In this document: piece after piece, positions 57,548 to 64,000 of the stretch | Position numbering within the stretch: the stretch's first letter is position 1 | How the letters are laid out: every line of letters starts with the position of its first letter | NCBI GenBank assembly: GCA_023414355.1 | Contig: JAEZOB010000038.1 | Location: forward strand, 5,022-69,021 | DNA from: Bacillota bacterium | Lineage (GTDB): Bacteria > Bacillota > Clostridia > Lachnospirales > Lachnospiraceae | Length of the DNA: 64,000 nt | Direction of reading: 5' to 3' | The notes under the pieces: model-generated | Seen by the model: only the letters and a program-made list of their open reading frames with translations | Told to the model about the DNA's origin: nothing | The model's database searches: none | Program-made: the position numbers and the translations under genes

Positions 57548-58318
57548 TTATTCCCAAAGATACGAAGTCATTGACAATGACCCCAGTTCACAGGATTTAT
57601 TATATACGCTGATATTATCAGCTTCAACCGAAGCTCCGAGGACATATAAAAGAGGATAAAAATGGTCCGGAGTTGGCACTGCCAGTCGTGCAATGTTACC
57701 TTTTTCGTTGAATTTCAGAATACTATCATGATTCTTAATTAAAATACTATCGTAAATATAATCATCAAATTCATATGACCAATCAAAACCCTCGCCTGAT
57801 TTGTTCCAATCAACCAGTCTTAAATTATGAACAATATTCCCGGAGCCAAATATAAGAACTCCTTGTTCTCTTAAAGCTCTTAGTTCCTTACCTATTTTAA
57901 AATGTTCTTCCGGAAGAGCATTCGCATCTACACTGATTTGGAATACAGGAATATCTCTATCCGGATACATATGAGCTAATACCGACCATGTTCCGTGGTC
58001 AATGCCCCAAGAATTGTCATACTTTGTTTCTTTTGAAATCATCTCTCCAGCGACATTAGCCATGTCCGGCGAACCCGCCGTATTGTATGAAACCTCATAT
58101 AATTCCTTAGGGAAACCATACATATCATATATTGTTCTGGGGTTTCTTTCATTCATAATTCTGGTTCCTTTTGTATACCAATGAGCCGAAACAGATAAAA
58201 TCACCTCAGGTTTTGGTATCCTCTTAGCTATACTACACCAGGTTCTAGTATAATTATTATCTTCAATGGCATTCATCGGCGACCCATGTCCAACAAATAA
58301 AACAGGCATCCTTGACAT
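57548..58318 (-). CDS. ygiD: Extradiol ring-cleavage dioxygenase (YgiD/DODA, LigB family)
   Basis: FVGHGSPMN, SAHW, GIDHG.W, SGN.VHNL and PTPDH motifs; ATG at 58318. Confidence 0.85.
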   Translation of the reverse strand: MSRMPVLFVGHGSPMNAIEDNNYTRTWCSIAKRIPKPEVILSVSAHWYTKGTRIMNERNPRTIYDMYGFPKELYEVSYNTAGSPDMANVAGEMISKETKYDNSWGIDHGTWSVLAHMYPDRDIPVFQISVDANALPEEHFKIGKELRALREQGVLIFGSGNIVHNLRLVDWNKSGEGFDWSYEFDDYIYDSILIKNHDSILKFNEKGNIARLAVPTPDHFYPLLYVLGASVEADNISVYNKSCELGSLSMTSYLWE

Positions 58319-58598
58319 ATAATCTCGCATTCCTTTCCTCAGATTAATATTGAAACAGCAACTGCTTTTCATCGTTTGCATTCTTGCATTTTTATAATCA
58401 CGAGATATCTTTTATAATCTGACTTCTATTCTATCAAACCCGCAATTATTATTCAATCATTTCGCATTTAACACATACATAATCTATCATTATAAAATTA
58501 ATATTTCTATAAAGAGTGCCGGAATGACGCTTTACTCTACCAAATAATTTGATCAATAAAAAGACACTTCAATGAAGTGCCTTTGTTTATAGAAATCG

Positions 58599-59147
58599 CT
58601 ACTCAACAAATCGGATTTTGGAGGTATCCGGTGTATGAGGTGCATTTTCTGTCGCTCCGTATCCTACCAGAACGGCAATGCCAAACTCCCATCCATCGCT
58701 GATGCCAAGTTTCTTCTTGTATTCATCAGCTTTCGGACCATTCAAGGGGATGGCAGCCATACCGCAGATCACACTGCCTAGTCCGAGTGAGGTAGCGGCC
58801 AAAGTAATATTTTCGCTAACGATGCCGGCATCTCTATCCGTACCGGGCTGTTGCAGAACGAGGTACATGCAAGGGGCATTATAAAACAAGGTTCCTCCAC
58901 GACTCATAAATCTGTCATAGGTCGTCTTATCTTCTGCCTCGGCAAGAATACGCATGCCTTCGGCATCCATGTCCTCGATCAAAGACTTGTTCGTGATAAC
59001 AATAATCTGCCATGGCTGTCGGTTCATACCGCTGGGTGACTGTACAGCAGCAAGAGCCAGCGCTTCCAGCTTCTCTTTCTCAGGTAAGCGTCCGTCGTAA
59101 GCACGACAGGAGTAACGTTGCCGGATTGTATTAAGTATTTCGTTCAT
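58599..59147 (-). CDS. Nitroreductase family protein
   Basis: RYSCRAY, SPSGMNRQPW and LAATSLGLGS motifs; ATG at 59147 follows AGGAG. Confidence 0.85.
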   Translation of the reverse strand: MNEILNTIRQRYSCRAYDGRLPEKEKLEALALAAVQSPSGMNRQPWQIIVITNKSLIEDMDAEGMRILAEAEDKTTYDRFMSRGGTLFYNAPCMYLVLQQPGTDRDAGIVSENITLAATSLGLGSVICGMAAIPLNGPKADEYKKKLGISDGWEFGIAVLVGYGATENAPHTPDTSKIRFVE

Positions 59148-59264
59148 ATAGGGTCTCCTTTTCAATTATTAACAGAAGAAGCAAATGATATGAGCTTCTC
59201 TGATGCATGTTTACATTATCTCATAACTGCCTTGTCACATTAGGTTTTGTATACTAGAATTACT

Positions 59265-60245
59265 CTATATTGCATACCCTATTGCAGAAAGTACCCTATC
59301 AAGGGTTCTTGCATTCATACTTGAAAACTCTTCTGATATGTGTGGCTGTTCTTTGTCAGTTATACATCTTCCTAACTGCTCCACCTCAAGTCTATAATTT
59401 TGAAGTACATTGACCGTTTTTATTTCTTCTTTTTCATCTACACAGAGGGTATAAGTAAGCTCTCCTTCTTCATTAAATTCTATAAGATTTAATATATCCC
59501 TTTGAACCATGTATATATAATCGATCAAATCTACGATACATCTCTTTTTCAAAATTCATACCGCAGATAAATGAAGCTCTCACTCCGTTACCAAAATTCA
59601 TAATAACAGTTGTGAGTAAATCCACTTGCTCATCAGAATATTCAGCAACCCCTTGAACTGTTATTGGTTCTCTTTCTAACATTCGTAAAATCATACTTGT
59701 ACAATAACAACCAACGTCATAAGTAGCGCCGCCAAAGCACGACTTCTGCATACGAATATTGGTCTGATTGTAACTTGAAGTCAAAAAAGCGCTCTCGATA
59801 TATGATATTTCACCAAAGGTTTTATGATCAATTTCTTGTTTCAATGCATCTATATACGGCGTATGAAGATAGGCAAAGGCTTCCATCAAAATAACACCTT
59901 TTTTTCTTGCAGCTTCAAATAACTCCGCCACCTGTTTCGCTGTTGGTGCAAGTGGCTTTTCACATAAGACATGCTTCCCTGCTTCAATTGCTTTCATTAC
60001 CCATTCATAATGTAACTGATTAGGAAGTGGTATATATACAGCACAGATTTCTTCATCCTGCAGTAAGGAATTATAATCTGTATATGCTTTCAAAAATCCA
60101 AATCTGTTTTAAATTCGTTTACTTTTTCAAGATTTCTACCTGCAATTGCATATAGTTCACAGTTTTCTGCCTGCACCATACCTGGAATTGTACATCCCAT
60201 TGCAATGCCAGCTGTACCTAATACACCCCATTTTACCTTATCCAT
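59265..60245 (-). pseudogene. Gfo/Idh/MocA oxidoreductase split by two frameshifts
   Basis: The ATG at 60245 gives MDKVKWGVLGTAGIA and stops at 60090. The second frame has VYIPLPN..H, HVLCEKP and GGATYD.G.Y. The third frame has Y..EVEQL...I. Breaks are near 60108 and 59484. Confidence 0.8.
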
Positions 60246-60292
60246 CTCATGCTCTCCTATCTCTTATATGGACGCTCTTGTGACCGCATCCT

Positions 60293-61552
60293 CTATATAG
60301 TGATTTCAATTACATCATCATTTGAATTTCCATTAAGATTAAATTTTATCGTCTTACCCTGAAGTGCAATCTCATATTCTCCTTTAAAACCTTCAACCGT
60401 AATATTTCCATATTCGTCTGTTCGCAATTCATCTTCCGTATGCCATACTTCGTGAATCAGACGTTTCAGTTCATGATATGCCGGTTTTGTCGTATTATCC
60501 TTACGGATAAGCCCGCTAGGTGCGCCTAGCCATGCCCCATCTGCAAAATCCCATCCGGTGATTGCTTCTACCAAAGGATGCTCAAACAAAATACGATACA
60601 TTTCAGCCCACTCGTTTTTCTGTCTTTCCTCACCTTCAGGAGTAGATGGCCATTCATCCACCTGATAATCATTTAAATCTACTATATCCGCTGGCATGAT
60701 ATTTCCAGATATCAAAGTATTCTCTGTAAAATGCAAAGGTAGCCCAAAGGTTGAAAATCTCTCTAAGATATCTTCTAATTTCTTTTGCCCCATATAGCCT
60801 TGATGCTGGTGTGTCTGAATTCCGATTGCTGAAATAGGAACACCAGCATTTAAACAGCCATCGATCAATATTCTATAACTTTCAGATAAATTAAAATCAT
60901 TGATCAGTAATATCGCATCTGGATTTGCTGCCTTAGCTGCTTCAAATACTTCTTTTACAAGCCGAACCCTACCAAGATTCTTGCAAATTCGAGTAATCGC
61001 GTTATCATATCGGTCATAGACAGGCATGATCACCACTTCATTAATGACATCCCACATATCCACTACACCACGAAATGCAGTAACATCCCGGTGGATACGA
61101 TCAAGTTGCTTCTGTAAAATAGTTGCATTATCATAGTCCATCAACCAGTCTGCACAGGCCGTATGCCAGCATAATGGATGACCTTTCACTTGAACATGAT
61201 TCTTTTGCAACATTTTGGCAGCTCGCATTCTGCTATCCGTAAGAATCTCGCCTTCTTTTGGTTCAAATCCTCCCCAGTAAAACGGAATCGTACCATAGTT
61301 AAATACTTCTAACCACTTATCTATTCTATCTTCGAAAAAGCTTTTCTCCGGCAATTTCTTGTCATGATAAAAATCTATTTTCCCCAGATCAACTTCTGCT
61401 GTTGCCGGAAGAGAATCAAATGCACCACAACCAAACAGAAACTGATGGTTCATTAATTTTATTTTTACAGAAGTATTAGATAGTATATTTCCTTCACTAT
61501 CTATAAAGCGTATTTTTTGTACTGCTTTTCTATGCACTAATTTACTACTCAT
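60293..61552 (-). CDS. GH10 family glycoside hydrolase, no signal peptide
   Basis: KGHPLCWH, WDVINE (acid/base), LLINDF, GIQTH and HFTE (nucleophile) motifs. Confidence 0.82.
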   Translation of the reverse strand: MSSKLVHRKAVQKIRFIDSEGNILSNTSVKIKLMNHQFLFGCGAFDSLPATAEVDLGKIDFYHDKKLPEKSFFEDRIDKWLEVFNYGTIPFYWGGFEPKEGEILTDSRMRAAKMLQKNHVQVKGHPLCWHTACADWLMDYDNATILQKQLDRIHRDVTAFRGVVDMWDVINEVVIMPVYDRYDNAITRICKNLGRVRLVKEVFEAAKAANPDAILLINDFNLSESYRILIDGCLNAGVPISAIGIQTHQHQGYMGQKKLEDILERFSTFGLPLHFTENTLISGNIMPADIVDLNDYQVDEWPSTPEGEERQKNEWAEMYRILFEHPLVEAITGWDFADGAWLGAPSGLIRKDNTTKPAYHELKRLIHEVWHTEDELRTDEYGNITVEGFKGEYEIALQGKTIKFNLNGNSNDDVIEITI

Positions 61553-61612
61553 GTAACCCCTCCTTTATCTGCAAGCTTTGAAAATGGCGAGCATGTCATC
61601 CTCATTCAGCAT

Positions 61613-62539
61613 TTAAGGTAAGAATTTTCCAGAAGAAAGATATAACTTGTACCATTCTTCATGAGTGAGATCGATTTTGCACGCCTCTGCCATTTCGGTA
61701 AGATGTACCGGATTCATAGTTCCTGCAATTACCTGCATCTTAGCCGGATGTCTAAGAATCCATGTAATCGCGATAGCTGCTTTAGTAACACCATACTGAT
61801 CAGCTAATTCTCCAAGAACCTTGTTCATCTCTGGAAATTCAGGGTTATCGATAAACATACCCTGAAACATTCCATGCTGAAGTGGAGACCATGCCTGAAT
61901 GGTAATATCATTTAGACGACAGTAATCAAGAGCACCTCCATCACGCATAATTGACATATCTGTCGTTTTGTTGTTCATATATAAATCCTGATCGATCAAC
62001 TGTGACTGCTCTAAAGAAAGCTGCAACTGGTTAATCTTAAGAGGCTGTTTTACATATTTCTTCAATAATTCAATCTGCATAGGCATCGTATTGCTGACAC
62101 CAAAATGGCGAACCTTTCCTGCGGCTTCAAGTTCATCAAACGCTTCTGCAATCTGTTCTGGGTCATATAGCAAATCAGGTCTGTGTAATAGCAGAACATC
62201 AAGGTATTCCATTTTTAATCTCTTAAGAATTCCATCGACACTTTCAATAATATTTGACTTTCTCCAGTCAAATATCTGCTTGTCAAACCTGAGACCACAT
62301 TTTGACTGAATAATTAAGTCTTCACGTTTTACGTTGGTAAGAGCAATGGCATCACCGAATCTTGTTTCTGCTTCACCGTCACCATAACATGTGGCATGAT
62401 CTATGAAGTTAATACCTAAATCATAGGCTGTCTGAATCATATTTGCTGCAGCTTCTACTGAAAGCGCCGGCATACGCATACAGCCAAGTATAAGTCTGGA
62501 TACATTTTCTAGTCCATTTGCGATATTTACTTTTTGCAT
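61613..62539 (-). CDS. Aldo/keto reductase
   Basis: LGCMR, DHA..YG.G..E, SKCG, LLHRPD, GVSN and AWSPL motifs. Confidence 0.88.
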   Translation of the reverse strand: MQKVNIANGLENVSRLILGCMRMPALSVEAAANMIQTAYDLGINFIDHATCYGDGEAETRFGDAIALTNVKREDLIIQSKCGLRFDKQIFDWRKSNIIESVDGILKRLKMEYLDVLLLHRPDLLYDPEQIAEAFDELEAAGKVRHFGVSNTMPMQIELLKKYVKQPLKINQLQLSLEQSQLIDQDLYMNNKTTDMSIMRDGGALDYCRLNDITIQAWSPLQHGMFQGMFIDNPEFPEMNKVLGELADQYGVTKAAIAITWILRHPAKMQVIAGTMNPVHLTEMAEACKIDLTHEEWYKLYLSSGKFLP

Positions 62540-62656
62540 CTTATTAGCTCCCTCCCTTCACTAAACCATCAATTTATAAATTGCTTCTACATCCTTTAGT
62601 TCAAGTATATAAAATCTTCCATTGTGAACCTCTCTAGTTTTTAGTATTATAAGTGT

Positions 62657-62687
62657 ATCATACAACTTAAAGCTAACTTTAATTCAA
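62657..62687 (-). promoter_or_regulatory. MerR-type promoter (19-bp spacer with dyad) driving the AKR operon
   Basis: Minus strand reads TTGAAT-N19-TATGAT; the dyad TTAAAG-CTAA-CTTTAA lies at 62667-62682. Confidence 0.8.
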
Positions 62688-62705
62688 GCTTTTTTTGGAG
62701 GAATT

Positions 62706-63107
62706 ATGTCCTATACAATTACTGAACTCTCAAAAATGTTTCATTTACCAGCATCGACAATACGTTATTATGAAAAAATTGAGTTACTTGAAAACGTAGA
62801 GCATGTAAATAAATATCGTAGAGTCTACGACGAATCACATGTAGATCGATTGAATGCTATAGAATGCTTTAAAAAAGCTCTTCTTCCTTTAGATGATATA
62901 AAAGCTTTTTTCACATATGAAAAAGACATGGTAGCCAATTCTGAGAAAATATTAGACATGATGAAAACTCAGGAAGAAAAAACTTTAGAAACCATGAAGG
63001 ATTTAGAAGCAGGACTTACACATCTGCAGAAAAAAATTCCTTACTACAGCTTGGTTAATGAAGCTATCAAAAATGATTCCCCATTACCAAACTGGAACGA
63101 TTTATAA
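62706..63107 (+). CDS. MerR family transcriptional regulator
   Basis: YTI.ELSK......TIRYYE..L and R.Y motifs with a C-terminal coiled coil; divergent from the AKR gene. Confidence 0.88.
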   Translation: MSYTITELSKMFHLPASTIRYYEKIELLENVEHVNKYRRVYDESHVDRLNAIECFKKALLPLDDIKAFFTYEKDMVANSEKILDMMKTQEEKTLETMKDLEAGLTHLQKKIPYYSLVNEAIKNDSPLPNWNDL

Positions 63108-63183
63108 TACCATAATTAATGTACCAGTAAGAAACTTACAATGCACTCTCTGTGCCCTATTTACTTACTGGATTTGGCTAAGA

Positions 63184-63771
63184 TTACTTAATATAAGTTA
63201 CTCTATTTCCTGTTCTCTCAACAGATGATTTAACAGGCCTTCCATCATGGGTATCTGCATATCCCAAAGCTAGTGCTCCATATACTCGCTCATCTTCAGC
63301 CATGCCGAGATCTTTCATTGCGTCCAAAATAACAGGATTTTCATTTAACCACCTTAGCTGATTAATCCACACGCTTCCTAAGTCCAGCGCATTAGCCATT
63401 AACATCATATTCTCTAATGCACAAGCACAGTCTGCTATATTATTTCCATATTCTTTCTTATTCGCAGTAACAATAAGTACCGGGCAGCTATAGTGAAATA
63501 CATAATTGCCTTTCTTCGATGCATTAATAGAATTTACAAGAGATTTATAAGTATCCTCCCCAATTTCCATTTTAGCAAACTCTTCTCTGGCAAGTTCAGC
63601 CAAATTATCCAGCACCTGTTTCTTCTGAATTACAATAAAATGAGTGCTTTGAGAATTCCCTCCACTTGGAGCATATCTTCCGGCCTCAACCACTTGATGA
63701 ATCAGTTTTTCAGGTACCATTTCTTCTTTAAACTTTCGAGTACTTCTTCGGCTTTTAATAAAATCCAACAT
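63184..63771 (-). CDS. Nitroreductase family protein
   Basis: RRSTRKF, YAPSGGN.Q and ENMML.A.ALDLGSVWI motifs; ATG at 63771 follows GAGGA. Confidence 0.85.
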   Translation of the reverse strand: MLDFIKSRRSTRKFKEEMVPEKLIHQVVEAGRYAPSGGNSQSTHFIVIQKKQVLDNLAELAREEFAKMEIGEDTYKSLVNSINASKKGNYVFHYSCPVLIVTANKKEYGNNIADCACALENMMLMANALDLGSVWINQLRWLNENPVILDAMKDLGMAEDERVYGALALGYADTHDGRPVKSSVERTGNRVTYIK

Positions 63772-64000
63772 ATGTTTATTCCTCACATTTTCAACCACGC
63801 TCACCATGATAAAATATCTGTTTTGCCATTCCACCATATCTACAAACCACATCATTTAACCATAAAAGGAAAATAATACCTGTCAAATTTGATTTGAGGT
63901 CCACCACCGATGTATTTTCCTCTTTGACAATGTTGCCCTCGGAATACGATCTTGAGATCATAAATCTGTATTCTCCGTTTTGAAAGTCTCATTTGTCTGC

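Noticed and set aside
63772..64000. N-terminal extension of the nitroreductase, or a further CDS at the window end
   Set aside because: A better SD/ATG lies at 63771, and the upstream frames are short and unrecognisable.

Overview
This is a chromosomal window from a low-GC Gram-positive anaerobe; gene content, sigmaA promoters and SD style suggest Clostridia, probably Lachnospiraceae-like (inference). About 55 CDS are present, nearly all on the minus strand. I found no rRNA, tRNA, CRISPR array or mobile element. The left half is mostly housekeeping: queH, hisC, the liv ABC transporter, clpX, htrA, a teichoic-acid-like glycerol-phosphate polymer locus, leuA and cdaA-cdaR-HPr. The right half is accessory metabolism, with (i) a DUF1537 kinase/PdxA2 acid-sugar operon extended by a BNR sialidase-fold protein, a DHDPS-family aldolase and an Fe-ADH; (ii) the best candidate for an undescribed system, at 47.3-57.4 kb; and (iii) a patch of redox and glycoside genes under a MerR promoter. 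The candidate system is one GntR-linked operon encoding three nickel chaperones (HypB, HypA, CooC/AcsF-type), a large Fe-S flavoprotein, a two-subunit 2-hydroxyacyl-CoA dehydratase/benzoyl-CoA reductase-family enzyme with its ATP-dependent activase, a 55-aa membrane peptide and a stand-alone acetyl-CoA synthase middle-domain protein. It contains no recognisable hydrogenase, CODH, urease or complete ACS. Several non-coding signals were also read directly from the DNA, including a Leu-rich mini-uORF before leuA, a clpX uORF, operator palindromes and a 15-bp tandem repeat. All protein calls come from motif recognition; no database searches were run.
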